DNA of 64,000 nt from Yuukianura sp. NJ FZ-2021 (GCA_046563655.1 CM102286.1:15376001-15440000); one strand, 5' to 3'. Positions 23,857 to 37,303 are shown, counted from the first letter of the stretch. The notes: generated by a model not told the origin, from the letters alone. Translations and numbers: made by a program.

Positions 23857-26800
23857 ATGGAAAACGAGAGAGACGGAAGTCGGCTCATGCCAATACACGA
23901 TTACTTGGCCCTCCAGAATCTACGGAAGGAGTGCGAGGTAACTCAGCATTAGTTTCATTACCCAATTAACCAACCCCCACTAACTGCCGAATTCTCTACT
24001 TTTCAGCAAGCCACAGCGAAGTCCAAGTACGATCAACTAGCGAAAGAAGCCAAGCGGGCTGACAAGGAGGACTTGACAAACAAGTTTACATGTGCAGGAG
24101 AGAGGTAAAGTGCAAAATTAGTAGCTATGGCTTTAGGGAATAGGTTCGGATAATAACGATTGTTTTGGTTTCCAGTTATGCTCAGATGAACCAGCGTGTG
24201 TCTCAGGAGAGAAGAGAAGAAAAGGTCAAGGAGGAAATCTTGTCCAATTTGACGATGGAGGGGCCTGGACTCAATGGGCAGAAGTTTGTAGTTTTCAATT
24301 CCATCAACGTGTGTGAGGTCGGGTATCCTCCTGATTCGGAGTTTCTGCCATCGGAACTGGCCATTGGATCATTCAGTATTGCTACTGGACACATTTCAAA
24401 CTACCACACTCTCGTTGACATCGGTGAGCTCATCTAATATTTAACATTTACGCTCCGTTTCATCCAAAACCTAATTTGCTTTTATATTCCTGTGACTAGT
24501 GAACATTCCACTGGGACATGAAGCTCAGGCGAAAGATAACTTCGTAGCTACAGCTCTGCCGTGTCCCGGCTCACACAGGTTTAAGCCTGCACACCGCAAC
24601 TACTTCAAAATTCTGCAAAATCTGAAGAGATTCATTCAATCGGTATGTGAGGAATCTCCTCCGTCTTACTTAATCAAGGATTGAATCTTGATCCTAAATC
24701 CTTATTTGTTACCTCCATAACTTTCACTTTGGTTTCCAGTATGTGACTCCAGTGCACGGGTTTTACCCAGTCTTCATCAAACCAGACAATGACAAACCAG
24801 TGGACGAACAAGTTCTCAAGTGGATGGTGAAGGAATCTAGACGTAAGGCAACTCTTCTTTTTTCCCCAACTCATTTCACATGCTTACAAAATTTTGGTTT
24901 TTGACAGGGATTGGGCCATATGATGGATTTGACAGTGAGGCTGAGAACGAGTTGTACGATTTTTTCAATTACTTGAAGTTTCTGAAAGTGACAAAGTTGC
25001 TGCTTCGACTGCGCGGAGTAGCCCGTGAGCGATGCCCAACTTTCCGTTCTCACGTTGCTAGTTTCAACTACTTGGAGAATCCGGCAGATCATGTGCTCAG
25101 TGCGGGAGTGTACGATTGTTTTCCCAACACCACTTGCTCCTATCACAATTTGGTAAGCCCTCTACTTTACACTTCCACTTGAAACGAAGTCTCATTTTTT
25201 GTAATTTAGAGTACGAAGGGCACTGAGTCCATGAAGATGAATCGGTGCTGCCTAAACATCGTGTTGCGCACAATCTTCGTCATCTTGAGAGACGTAATGC
25301 CAGGGATGAATGTGCAGACGATCATGAGCCACACACCACAACAGTCCATCAACCCTCAACCGCCGTTTCAACCTGAGGCCAAAGTTCCGGAAAGTGAGCC
25401 GAAACGACACATACGCAGCGAAGTAAGTAGGGTTGTTCATGTTCCGGTGCCAGAAACGGAACGGAACTTATTTCCGGTGTCGTTTCGTTCCGTTTCTATA
25501 TTTTTTGGAAACGTACTTTCGTTTCAATTAATTTTTTTGAATTTCGCGCTGAATTTTTAAATATATTCCGTCCACTTAAAGTTTCATCCATTTCGTCCAG
25601 TGGATATCCAGTGGAAGTGGCAATTAAGGCACTGGACGTTTAAGCATATGCCTCCATTGTATAAAACCCAACTTTTTTTGAAATTATAGGAACTAAAAAG
25701 GAAATTGCCCCACGACAATTCACTGTACCGGATACCACTAAAGCGATTCCGTTTCCCGGAGATTAGGGATGAGAAGGTGAAATGTGCAATGGAAGACATG
25801 GCATGTCAAGCAGTCAGCGTAAGTAACTACAAAGTAACATAAAAGTTTGAACTTAATTTCAAAAACAACATCTAGACAACATAATACCTACATTTCATAA
25901 TTTTTAGAACGTTTTAATGCAATAGGGAGTTTGCGTTTTCCGGAGGTTATAGAATTTATGGACTTTATAGAAGTTATGCAGGCAAATGACGTCACTTTCA
26001 TTCATCACGTGGTTAAAATTTGAAATTCTATAAATTTGGAGCCAACATTTTGCGCTAAATTTGACCAAACCAAAATTTATAGAATTTATCTACTTTATAG
26101 GATTTATCTATCCAAATGACGTCCCTTCAGCCGGTCACATGGTACTTTTCCAACTTATGTCAGTTATAGATCAAGTCTATAAAGTGCGCCTTTATAGAAA
26201 TTACAGACTTAAGTTCTATAATTTCTATAAAGCCAGTCTACGCAAACTGTACAAAAGTTGAAAATTATAGAAATACTTTAGTTCTATAAATTCTATAACT
26301 TTTTTCTGACATTTATTACGCAAACTCCCTAATATCACACCTCAAATTTCTGATAAATTTTTTTTAGACAAAAAACCTCTGTACGCTGAGACAACTTCAG
26401 GAAAACGTTTTAAAAGAGTTACAAGAGCAGCGAAAGAACGATTTGGCTAATGGTTTGGCGGATTCAAGCAAAGAATCTAAAAGAAAAGATCGAAATTTGA
26501 GAAAAGCAGCCAAACAAACTCTTACAAGTTTGAAACTACTCATTTCGTAAGTTGGAATTCAAACCTTTTTTTAATTTTCGCAAAGTTTTATTTTTGATTT
26601 TTTTTTTAATTTCGTGATATATTCGTAATTTCTTCCATCCACTAAAAGTTTCATCCATTTTGGCTGCATTTCTTCCAGTTGATATCCAGTACAAGTGGCA
26701 ATTAACCCACTGGCCATTTCATTGTCCAGCAACACTATTTCTCATTAATTCTTTGATTTATTCCAGGGGCCCAGTGGAGGAGGATCTCTGGCTACCAGAG

Positions 26801-26884
26801 ATCATCCACTTCGGACAAAATACTGGGACTATTGACCAGAATCACAGCAGACCACAACAGAAGTCTCCATCCCGTCTCAACTAA
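23857..26884 (+). CDS. mael: Maelstrom (piRNA pathway), divergent, reading frame apparently intact
   Basis: Exons ~23857-23937, 24007-24104, 24176-24423, 24500-24642, 24740-24842, 24908-25151, 25210-25422, 25690-25818, 26368-26546, 26767-26884 splice in frame. HMG-tail KYDQLAKEAK..KFTCAG and MAEL motifs FLPSELAIGSFSI..YHTLVD..IPLGHEAQAK and TTCSYH..RCCLNIV. Confidence 0.8.
25924..26330. mobile_element. Intronic MITE, TIR AGGGAGTTTGCGT, AAT TSD
   Basis: aat|agggagtttgcgt ... acgcaaactccct|aat (a TA TSD reading is also possible). Internal ttatagaa repeats. Confidence 0.75.
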
Positions 26885-27093
26885 TGTCCAAACAGCCACT
26901 GGTAAACTCAGAATTACTCATCCACACAAGTACACTCCAACACTTTATTCATTCAATGTTCTCATTCTGTAGGTTTGAATTTAGAATTGTTTTATGCTGC
27001 CATTTTTAACGACAGCATAAAACAGTTCCAGGAGGACCAAGAGGGAACAACACTTCAACGCATCTCTACTTCCTTTCGCCGGTGACTCCAATC

Positions 27094-27587
27094 ATGATTT
27101 CCCGTTTGATGCCCCTCGCTCGCTATTTCCTTCCGACATATTCCAATTTCTCCTCAATTTAGTCACATCACGAATTTGGGAAATTCTTTAACTTCCGCTG
27201 CTAGTAGTAGAAGCGTCGTGCCTCAAAAACCGCATACCCCTGTCATACCCCTGTCATGCTTAGTGAAGTTATGACTTACTTAAATCCAAAACCAGGTAAA
27301 CTTCCTGTCCCTTCTTCCGACGTTTACTTTGTTTTTAATTTTGAGTACTAATTGGTCTTATTCTTACTTAGGCCAAACCATTGTGGACATGATATTTGGC
27401 GCCGGTGGACATACAGAAGCTATACTCAAGGCCACCTCTCATGTCAAAGTCATTGCGGTCGACAGAGACCCCTTTGCCTTTGATTTCGCCCAACATCTGA
27501 GTTGAAAGTATCCCAATCAACAAGTTCCTCTTTTGAGTCGCTTCAGTGAAGTTTTGGAACAACTCAAGTTTCTCAATTTTAATCCAG
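27094..27587 (+). pseudogene. METTL15: METTL15/RsmH (mitochondrial 12S rRNA m4C methyltransferase) 5' fragment
   Basis: HTPVMLSEVMTYLNPKPG|QTIVDMIFGAGGHTEAIL..VIAVDRDPFA = RsmH SAM-binding motif. 11-bp duplication (catacccctgt x2), in-frame TGA at ~27503, gene ends after exon 2. Confidence 0.85.
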
Positions 27588-27717
27588 GTCAGTGACATAG
27601 GCAACTAACTTGTGAACCAGTGTTTCAATAATAAGTACCTTTAGGAACCATAACCTGTAAGAGAAAGTTTTTTTTAAACATGTGTTTTTATATCCTTAGG
27701 TCAGTTGGTTGTTAGCG

Positions 27718-29461
27718 ATGAGTGACTCGGACGACACTGACTTGGAGAACTTACGACAACTGGCCCTCACCAGTCTCCTCAAGAACAACTTCCCAGTCCA
27801 AACGAGTGTGAGTGAATCCCTGTCCACTTTAGTAGTTTTCAATCCTCATAGTGTTTCTTTTGTACTGTATTAGGTCTTTTACCGTCCAGTGCCAAACTCC
27901 AACCTTATCTCAATTCAACCGGTGGAAGAAATCCAAAAGAAGAATGAGGATGATGGCCACCCCATACACTATGCGGTAGGAGACCCAGAAAAGTCTCACT
28001 CTTTCCCATGCTATAGCATGGAAAAGAGTGAGACTTTTTTGAGATTTCTACCGCATAGTGCCATAGAACAGGACGATGACAACGGACATAGTGATGACGA
28101 GACGAGCAGTGGGAGCGAATATGCTGTTGTCGGTAATTGTCACAACCAATGAACCCAAAGAAACTGGACGTTGCTATGAATTTGTCGCTAACTGTTGTGT
28201 TTTTTTAGAAGAAGGACTTTCTGTTTCATCTGGTGATGTGGATCAAGTGATTGAGGAAGTTGTTGTGTCGGAGGGTGAGAACTTGTCAAGTCCAGAGGAA
28301 GAAGAGGCTGAAGATGCCGTCATTTTAGCCAGTCATGATTCTTTCGACGAGATTCTAAATTCAGTTGAAGAGGAAATTAGAGGGTCCAGGAAACGGACAT
28401 CCTCAGATGTAAACTCAGAATCCACCTCTGGTCCCACAGATTCCAAACGGTAGGTTCTCATTCAATGTTTCTGTTTACTTTTTGTTTCAAGTTGATCATA
28501 AAAACATTTACATTTATAGGCTAAGAACTAATCCAGAAGAGCCAGGAAAGATGCCAAGCCCCAAAAGGATTGCCAAAAAACAGCGTTCCAGCTCTCCGTG
28601 TTCCAGAGATCGGAGAGAACAAGGATCCTTTCGCCAGAGACTGCGGAGGCCGCTCTCCCCTCATTCAGGAAATCACTATCGAAGTCGTCGCTCGAAATCT
28701 CCAGCATGCAGGCGATACCGCCCTCCCCTTCGTCGCCGACCTTCGCCCCCTGAAAAAAGACAGTCCAAGACAGGGAGTCGCAAGGAATGTCTGTCTCCCA
28801 TCACATTCAGAGAAAGTGAAGGAAGAAGGTATGGACAGGACTCACATTCAAGATCCCGTGACCGGTGGAGACTCAATCCCAAAAGCAGACTTAATGCTGA
28901 GAGTGACAGTGCCAGGACTGTGCAGAAACGAAGGAGTGAAGTGAATGGATCAGGTGATGGGCGCAGTTCCAGTTCTCCTAGTCGCAGGAGCATCCTGTCC
29001 TTTGGAGACCACAGACTTCGAGTAGGCGAAAGGGACAGGAAGGGAAATCGGAATTACTCTCGACATGCAAGTCCACAACGAAACAGCAGATGTCCACTTG
29101 GAAACAAAGGAACAAATCCAAAGTCGGCTAAGGAAGAGACGGGAAGAAGGAGAAGCCCATCTTCGGAACGAGACTTGAGAAACTTAACTGAGGAACAGCG
29201 ATTGAAGATTAGAAGGCGCAAGATGAAGAAGAAGACTCCCCGCGGAGTGTACCGAACAATGAAGATTCGGATGGAAGAGATGACTTTTCCGGAAAGATGG
29301 ATTCGTCGAAGCGACCGACTGCTGCTCTGTCCAAGTCCCCGTTCAACGTCATTGATCAAGATGACCTGCGCACAAAACTGGAACAGAAGAGAGCAGCCAA
29401 TGTCGGCAGAATCTTCTCCGTGGCGCTCAAGGACACTTTCCACGCAGAACCCCCCACTTGA
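27718..29461 (+). CDS. Acidic and Arg/Ser-rich nuclear-type protein, possibly frameshifted
   Basis: MSDSDDTDLENLRQLALTSLL|VFYRPVPNSNLISIQPVEE...; exons ~27718-27807, 27873-28132, 28209-28449, 28520-. The RS-rich ORF appears to shift frame near 29220 into ..DDLRTKLEQKRAANVGRIFSVALK..*. Confidence 0.5.
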
Positions 29462-29871
29462 CCCCCAACCTCCTAACTTCCTTCGGAATTCCATTGTGGA
29501 ATCCACGCATGTGGGTACATACCGAAGTGGTCTAACGTTGTACTCATCTTATCATTTACTAAATCTACTTTGGATTTTACAATTTATATCCCAAACAATT
29601 AGTTCCGACCACTTTCTCCTCCGTATATTATAACAGTAGTTAGAGTATTAACGTTCCAATTGGTGGAACACGGGTTTTAAGGCATGTCTTTTAAATGAAT
29701 ATCTTTTACTTTCCCTTGTACAAGTATGAACATACCTTTATGACGCAAAAACAAACTTACAATTAAAATCAACAAATCCACAAATTTACACAGGGAAACA
29801 GGATTAGTAGAGTGACACCAGTATTCTTATAGGTGGTTCAACGGCATCTGGTTCTTTCCAAAGCGTTTGTT

Positions 29872-30941
29872 TCACCAGGAAGGTCGATGGACGTGCAGAT
29901 TTCGACTCAGAACACTGCGCACATCTTGAGTGAATCTCAAGGCGTCTAATACTGGAAGGAGGTTGAGGAGGGCCGTGTCAGTAGCATCTGTGAACCAGGA
30001 TTTGATGGGCATTGCATTGGCTACAGACACAAACAACTAGTTAGTCAAGTAAATCATTTGGAGTCAATCAGCTGTTGAGGTTAAGTTACCCGGGTAAGAG
30101 CGATAGGCTCCTGGTCAGTTGTCCAGAATAAATATGGAGCTAAGGTCATGGGAAATGTTGGACAAATCCTTCGTGTAGGAACCCAAGTCAAGAGTGCAGT
30201 GTTGACGGTAGTATCTCGTCTCCAGTATCCTCCTCCCCTTGTCCACTTCATCCGCAACTCCTGTTTTCAAATTAACAACTTAATTAACTTTATCCTGCTT
30301 ACAAATTCCACTTTAAATCCGAATTTAATTTTGAATAAACATACCCGCACCGTAGATCTCCATTGAGGCAGTGAACACGACCAACTCGAACCATTTGGAA
30401 ACCTACGCAAAGGAATTCATTTGTTATCATGCATGTTGTCTTTATGCATTAAAACTTACGACATCCAGGAAGTAGTCGACGTGTGGTCGTTTGTGGACGA
30501 AAAACCGAACTGGGTGTCGCTCTATCGTCACTTTGAGTATAAACTCCGGAGGTGTCTCTGGCTTAACGCTTTCCCTAAACAAAGTAGAGATTGATGAAGA
30601 TGACAATTAAAGGTACGAGTTCCAGACATTACCTTTGAATTGCATCGTGATGAGAATGGATGAGTGTTTCGTCCACATCCAGTGCAAGTACTTTCCTCCG
30701 AACAGCTGACAGCCTGTGTTTGGATAAAGGTGACAATGGAATCTCCTCACACTTGACTGCCTCATGCTGAATAATCTAAAAACAATGGAAACAGAGGAGT
30801 TAGAGGAGTCAATTAAACAATGTGTTTGGATTTGGTTCATTTTGGTGCTTTACCTTCCTTGCGTTCTTCTTCATGAAGTACAGTTCCAAATCCTGTTAAA
30901 AGTATGAGATGTGTAATGGCCACTTCCGTCTATTTCCACAT
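29872..30941 (-). pseudogene. CTDNEP1: CTDNEP1/Dullard pseudogene copy 2 (full length, multiply disabled)
   Basis: Keeps the last exon [45 protein letters not shown] at codon 4, deletion near 30880, TGA at 30117-30115. Confidence 0.92.
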
Positions 30942-31429
30942 CGCAAGGTCAATCTCCAAAAGAAAGGACGATACGTGTGGAAGTCCAATCAAACGTTGGT
31001 CCTTGGAGTGTTGATCTGGAGAAAGAAGATTCCAAACTATGAGAATAATCGATGACCAAATGACTGGATTCCAGTCAACTGCTTTTACTTGACTTTAATT
31101 GTGTTGTTCCTTACCTTAACCTTTGAAAAATGTTTGATCCAGCTTCAGTTCGTTGTTGTGCTGGTTGTAGATTAACTAAAACTCAGTTAATCGGTTTAAT
31201 TAATTAGTTAATCGTGAACTTTGCACTGTAAGAAGGAAGAAATGAACAAAACAACTGAAATCTTTAATTTTTAAAAGTAAATCAGCTGGCGCATGCGCGA
31301 ACTCGCAATAACAAAATTGAAAATTTTGAGTAGAGGTCGGCGCCTCGCACTTCACAGCCACAACAACTGCAAAGCAGCATTAATTAAATTAATTACTTAA
31401 TTACTCTTTAATTAAAGCATATAAAACTC

Positions 31430-34330
31430 AGAAATTTGTTATCTCACATTACAAATAACGTATTCTTTGTAATATAACGTATTCCGGAGTTTTAGCATGT
31501 GTAATTCGCCTAATTTTTCACTATTTAACCAAAGTACTGCTCGCAGGTACATGCGATCCTTAAGATTGCTTATTACCACCAAAAGTAATCATTTTAAAAT
31601 CCTGAAATGTGTCATGTGAGCTTGTAATCGATTAGTTCTTTGCCGTATAACGTATTCCAGAGTTTTAAAGTGCATAATTGGCTTGATTTTTCACTTTTGT
31701 GCCCAACACACGATCGCAAGTACCTGCGATTTCTGCGATGGCAGATTACTCCTAAAGTAATCAACTTAAAATCCCGAAATGTGTCATTTGAGCTTGTAAT
31801 CGGTTAGTTCTTTGCCGTTTAACGTATTCCAGAGTTTTAAAGTGCTTAATTAGGTTCATTTTTCCTATTGTCCCATAATCAGTTTGACTGTACTTACTCT
31901 GTACCTAATCAACTTAAAATCCTGAAATGTGTCATGTGACCTTGTAATCGATTAGTTCTTTGCCATATAACGTATTCCAGAGTTTTAAAGTGCTTAATTA
32001 GCTTGATTTTTCACTTTTGTGCCCAACTCACGATCGCAAGTACCTGCGATTTCTGCGATGGCAGATTACTCCTAAAGTAATCAACTTAAAATCCCGAAAT
32101 GTGTCATTTGAGCTTGTAGTCGATTAGTTCTTTGCCGTATAACGTATTCCAGAGTTTTAAAGTGCTTAATTAGGTTCATTTTTCCTATTGTCCCAAAATC
32201 AGTTTGACTGTACTTACTCTGTACCTAATCATTTTAAAATCCTGAAATGTGTCATGTGAGCTTGTAATCGATTAGTTCTTTGCCATATAGCGTATTCCGG
32301 ACTTTAAAAGTGCTTAATTAGGTTCATTTTTATTTTTTCTGCCCAACTCACGATCGCAAGTACTTGCGATTTCTGCGATGGCAGATTACTCCTAAAGTAA
32401 TCAACTTAAAATCCCGAAATGTGTCATTTGAGCTTGTAATCGGTTAGTTCTTTGCCGTTTAACGTTTTCCAGAGTTTTACAGTGCTTACTTAGCTTGAGT
32501 TTTCCTATTGTCCCAAAATCAGTTTGACTGTACTTACTCTGTACCTTTTCGTTTTAAAATCCTGAAATGTGTCATGTCAGCTTGTAATCGATTAGTTCTT
32601 TGCCATATAACGTATTCCGGACTTTAAAAGTGCTTAATTAGGTTCATTTTTCACTTTTCTGCCCAACTCACGATCGCAAGTACTTGCGATTTCTGCGATG
32701 GCAGATTACTCCTAAAGTAATCAACTTAAAATCCCGAAATGTGTTATGTCAGCTTGTAATCGACTAGTTCTTTGCCGTATAACGTATTCCAGAGTTTTAA
32801 AGTGCATAATTGGCTTCATTTTCACTATTGTCTCAAAATCAGTTTGACTATACTTATTCTGTACCTTTTCGTTTTAAAATCCTGAAATGTGTCATGTCAG
32901 CTTGTAATCGATTAGTTCTTTGCCGTATAACGTATTCCGTAGTTTTAAATTGCTTAATTAGCTTGATTTTTGACTTTCGTGCCAAACTCATAATCGCAAG
33001 TACTTGCGATTGACGCCATTGCTGATTACTCTTAGAGTAATCGATTTAAAATCCTGAAATGTGTCATGTCAGCTTGTAATCGATTAGTTCTTTGCCATAT
33101 AACGTATTCCGGACTTTAAAAGTGCTTAATTAGGTTCATTTTTCACTTTTCTGCCCAACTCACGATCGCAAGTACTTGCGATTTCTGCGATGGCAGATTA
33201 CTCCTAAAGTAATCAACTTAAAATCCCGAAATGTGTTATGTCAGCTTGTAATCGACTAGTTCTTTGCCGTATAACGTATTCCAGAGTTTTAAAGTGCATA
33301 ATTGGCTTCATTTTCACTATTGTCTCAAAATCAGTTTGACTATACTTACTCTGTACCTTTTCGTTTTAAAATCCTGAAATGTGTCATGTCAGCTTGTAAT
33401 CGATTAGTTCTTTGCCGTATAACGTATTCCGTAGTTTTAAATTGCTTAATTAGCTTGATTTTTGACTTTCGTGCCAAACTCATAATCGCAAGTACTTGCG
33501 ATTGACGCCATTGCTGATTACTCTTAGAGTAATCGATTTAAAATCCTGAAATGTGTTAAATCGACTTGTAATTGATTAGTTCTTTACCGTATAACGTATT
33601 CCGGACTTTAAAAGTGCTTAATTAGCTTTAATGTTCACTTTTGTGCCCAACACACGATCGCAAGTACCTGCGATTTCTGCGATGGCAGATTACTCCTAAA
33701 GTAATCAACTTAAAATCCCGAAATGTGTCATTTGAGCTTGTAATCGGTTAGTTCTTTGCCGTTTAACGTATTCCAGAGTTTTAAAGTGCTTAATTAGGTT
33801 CATTTTTCCTATTGTCCCATAATCAGTTTGACTGTACTTACTCTGTACCTAATCGTTTTAAAATCCTGAAATGTGTCATGTGAGCTTGCAATCGATTAGT
33901 TCTTTGCCATATAACGTATTCCAGAGTTTTAAAGTGCTTAATTAGCTTGATTTTTCACTTTTGTGCCCAACTCACGATCGCAAGTACCTGCGATTTCTGC
34001 GATGGCAGATTACTCCTAAAGTAATCAACTTAAAATCCCGAAATGTGTCATTTGAGCTTGTAATCGGTTAGTTCTTTGCCGTTTAACGTTTTCCAGAGTT
34101 TTAAAGTGCTTACTTAGCTTGAGTTTTCCTATTGTCCCAAAATCAAAAGCGCAAGTACTTGCGATATTTATAACTGCTGATTATGACTTAAGTAATCGGT
34201 TTAAAATCCTGAAATGTGTTGAATCGACTTAGAATCGATTGGTTCTTTGCTGTATAATGTATTCCGGAGTTTTAAAGTGCGTCATTAGCTTCATTTTTGA
34301 CTATTGTCCGAAATTCAATTTAACGGTAGT
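31430..34330. repeat. Satellite of interspersed 172-bp and 148-bp monomers (~17 units)
   Basis: cc(t/c)gaaatgtg at 31601, 31773, 31921, 32093, 32241, 32413, 32561, 32733, 32881, 33053, 33225, 33373, 33545, 33717, 33865, 34037, 34208. Confidence 0.95.
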
Positions 34331-34704
34331 TACTCTTTAACTAAACGTTGTAAAATCAATCCTGACGTTCAATCCTGTATATACATGTTTCAAATAGATA
34401 ACCTAATTTCAAATTAAATTAAATTAAATTTTAATTAAATTAAATTATATTTTGTATATGTTTATTTCAGCATTAGACACAACTCTGCCTTGTGCTTGAG
34501 ACAAAAGTCCGCCAAATCTTTTGAATTCTTCAAAAAGATTTTAAAACAAAAGTTCAAACAAAAAAATCACAGAATCAGAAGGCATTACACGACGACGAAA
34601 TTAATTAATTGAGGGAGTGAGGTTGATTAATTGTGATTGGTTAATTAGTTGGATAATGAAAAGTGAGTTAAGTTTGGATTGGTCAAAGGTCAGTGAGTGG
34701 AGCA

Positions 34705-36214
34705 ATGACAAAGGTGCGTGGTCTACTGTTTGTTGTCCTTTGGTACGCCAGCATCCTGTGGAGTGTCTTCTTCGTCTACTGCCCGCTCGTCCCACTCCTC
34801 ATCATCAGTCGAAGATGGTTTCGGAAGTGTACTGACATTGTGCTGGCCTGCTGGGAAATGTATCCTGCAGTAAGTCTTTTCCAACTTCCATCAAATCCCA
34901 CTTTAATCCTGATTTCTGTGATTGGCAGGCGATGCTGGAAATACTGCTGGGTTGTCGTGTGTACATGTCGGGAGACCACATTGATCCCTCTGAAGGGGCC
35001 ATCCTAGTCATGAATCATCGCAATCGTCTCGACTGGTTCTTCCTCTGGGCTGCACTGCTCCACGCAACCAAACCGCCACGACACAGGTCACCAACTACTT
35101 TCTATTTATGATTGACACATCAACAATTCATTCCTGTTCTCCTGTTCCAGGTGTAAATTCGTTCTCAAGTCTGGAGTCAAAGAAATTCCAGGAATTGGGT
35201 GGGGTCTCCAACTGGCTGGATTTCTGTACATTCACCGCAATTGGGATAAAGATCAACGTCTCCTGGGAAGATCCTTGGACTACTTCAAGGAGTTGGGCTA
35301 CAACTACCAGGTCACAAAAACTCTTCTGTCGCCTAACTTCTTTTCTTTACAACCATTCAACTTTCCTCTTCTTTGTAGATCCTCATTTTTCCGGAAGGAA
35401 CTGATCTTTGCAATGATACAAAGACAAAGAGCAACGCATTCGCAGCGAAGCAAGGTCTTCGTTCATATGAATACGTTCTACATCCTCGAACAACTGGATT
35501 CACATTTCTAGTCTCCAGAATGAAACAAAGTAAAGAACATGCTTTCACTTTCAGCTTCTTGTCTCTTGTTATTACACTTTTCAACTCCCTCTTCATTTTC
35601 AGATTGTCAAATCAATGCAGTGTATGACATGACCATCGCTTATCCAAAAACTCTCCCGCAGAGCGGAGCCGAAGTTATCCAAAGAAAAATTCCAGAAGAA
35701 GTTCATTTTTTGATCAAACGGTGAGACAAGAAACCTAAGTTCCATCCAAACATTTAATTTACTTTTCATTTTTCTCACTTGACGCAGACACGATCTGTCC
35801 ACTTTGCCAAGTGACGAGGAAGGACTCAAGACTTGGTGTGAGAAGCGCTGGGAAGAGAAGGAAGCAACACTCGAGAAATTCTACTGCGCTGCGGCGATGG
35901 AGCGGAAACTGTCTTCGTTCCCAGTGCGTGACGAGCCCTGGAACGCCATGTACTTTGTGCTGTGGGCTTGGACTCTGTGGACATTCTGGACTATTTATGT
36001 CACATTTACGAACTGGTATGCTTTCTGCTGGGTCATCTTCTGCACTCTCCTCTTCATCATCCTCTCCCACTTCACGGATGGAATCCAGCAGCTAGAGATC
36101 TCTCTCCACAACTACTTGACAAACAGTCATGTGGCCAAAGGAGAACAGTCAACACTCAAACTCAAAACTTCACCACTCAACACTCTGGGATCCGGTGATC
36201 ACAAATTGGATTGA
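34705..36214 (+). CDS. LCLAT1: Lysocardiolipin acyltransferase 1, intact, 6 exons
   Basis: Motifs VMNHRNRLD (NHxxxxD), FLYIHRNW, IFPEGTD, VLHPRTTG, YDMTIAY, W..KRWEEKE. Exons 34705-34869, 34929-35086, 35151-35310, 35379-35529, 35603-35720, 35788-36214 splice in frame. Confidence 0.92.
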
Positions 36215-36471
36215 TACTTTCAAACGACAAACAACCTGGATCGTCTCTCCTAATTTACGTAGTACTTACTATTTACTCTGTAAATAAAAATTCAGCTTCC
36301 CAGCATTGGATCTCCTACACTCCCATGTATTAAAAGCGAATACGAGTATTAATTTGTGAAACTAACGATGCTTTATCATCGAAAGAAAAAAACAAATTTT
36401 TAGTTAATTACGGTTAGAATTAATTGAAGTCTGTTGGTGTTTGGATTTTATTTTCAAAAAGAAAAATTGGC

Positions 36472-37303
36472 CTAGGCTCCTGGTCAGTTGTCCAGAAGAA
36501 ACATGTTGGACAGATCCCTCGTGTAGGAACCAAAGTGGAGAGTGCAGTGTTGTCGCTAGTATCTCGTCTCCAGCATCCTCCTATCCTTCTCCCCTTGTCC
36601 ACTTCATCCCCAACTCCTGTTTTCAAATTAACAACTTAATTAACTTTATCCTACTTACAAATTCCACTTTAAATCCGAATTTAATTTTGAATAAACATAC
36701 CTGCACCGTAGATGTCCATTGAGGCAGTGAACACGACCAACTCGAACCATTTGGAAACCTACGCAAAGGAATTCATTTGTTATCATGCATGTTGTCTTTA
36801 TGCATTAAAACTTACGACATCCAGGAAGTAGTCGACGTGTGGTCGTTTGTGGACAAAAAACCGAACTGGATGCCGCTCAATCGTTATTTTGAGTATAAAG
36901 TCCGGAGGTGTCCCTGGCTTAACGGTTTGCCTAAACAACGTAGAGATTGATGGAGATGACAATTAACTAATAATTATTAAAAGTACGAGTTCCAGACAGT
37001 ACCTTTGAACTCCATCGTGATGAGAATGGATGAGTGTTTCGTCCAGGTCCAGTACGAGTACTTTCCTCCGAACGACTGACAGCCTATGTTTAGATAAAGG
37101 TGACAATGGGATCTCCTCATACTTGACTGCTTGATGTTGAATAATCTAAAACAGTGGAAATGGGGCAGTCAATTGCACAATGTGCTTGGATTTGGTTGCC
37201 TTACCTTCCTTGCGTTCTTCTTCATGAAATAGGTGAGGCAGTTCCAAATTCTGTTGAGAAAAAGTAGGACATGTCTAATGGCCACTTCCGCATATTTCCA
37301 CAT
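36472..37303 (-). pseudogene. CTDNEP1: CTDNEP1/Dullard pseudogene copy 3 (3' truncated)
   Basis: Intact N-half with [17 protein letters not shown], indels at ~36500 and ~36580, TGA at 36486-36484, last exon absent. Confidence 0.9.

Noticed and set aside
30115..30117. Selenocysteine recoding of the CTDNEP1 TGA
   Set aside because: The conserved residue is Ser (TCA>TGA is a single change), each copy has other disabling lesions, and no SECIS was identified.
32810..33505. Two identical 67-aa ORFs
   Set aside because: By-product of the 492-bp higher-order unit of the 172/148 satellite.
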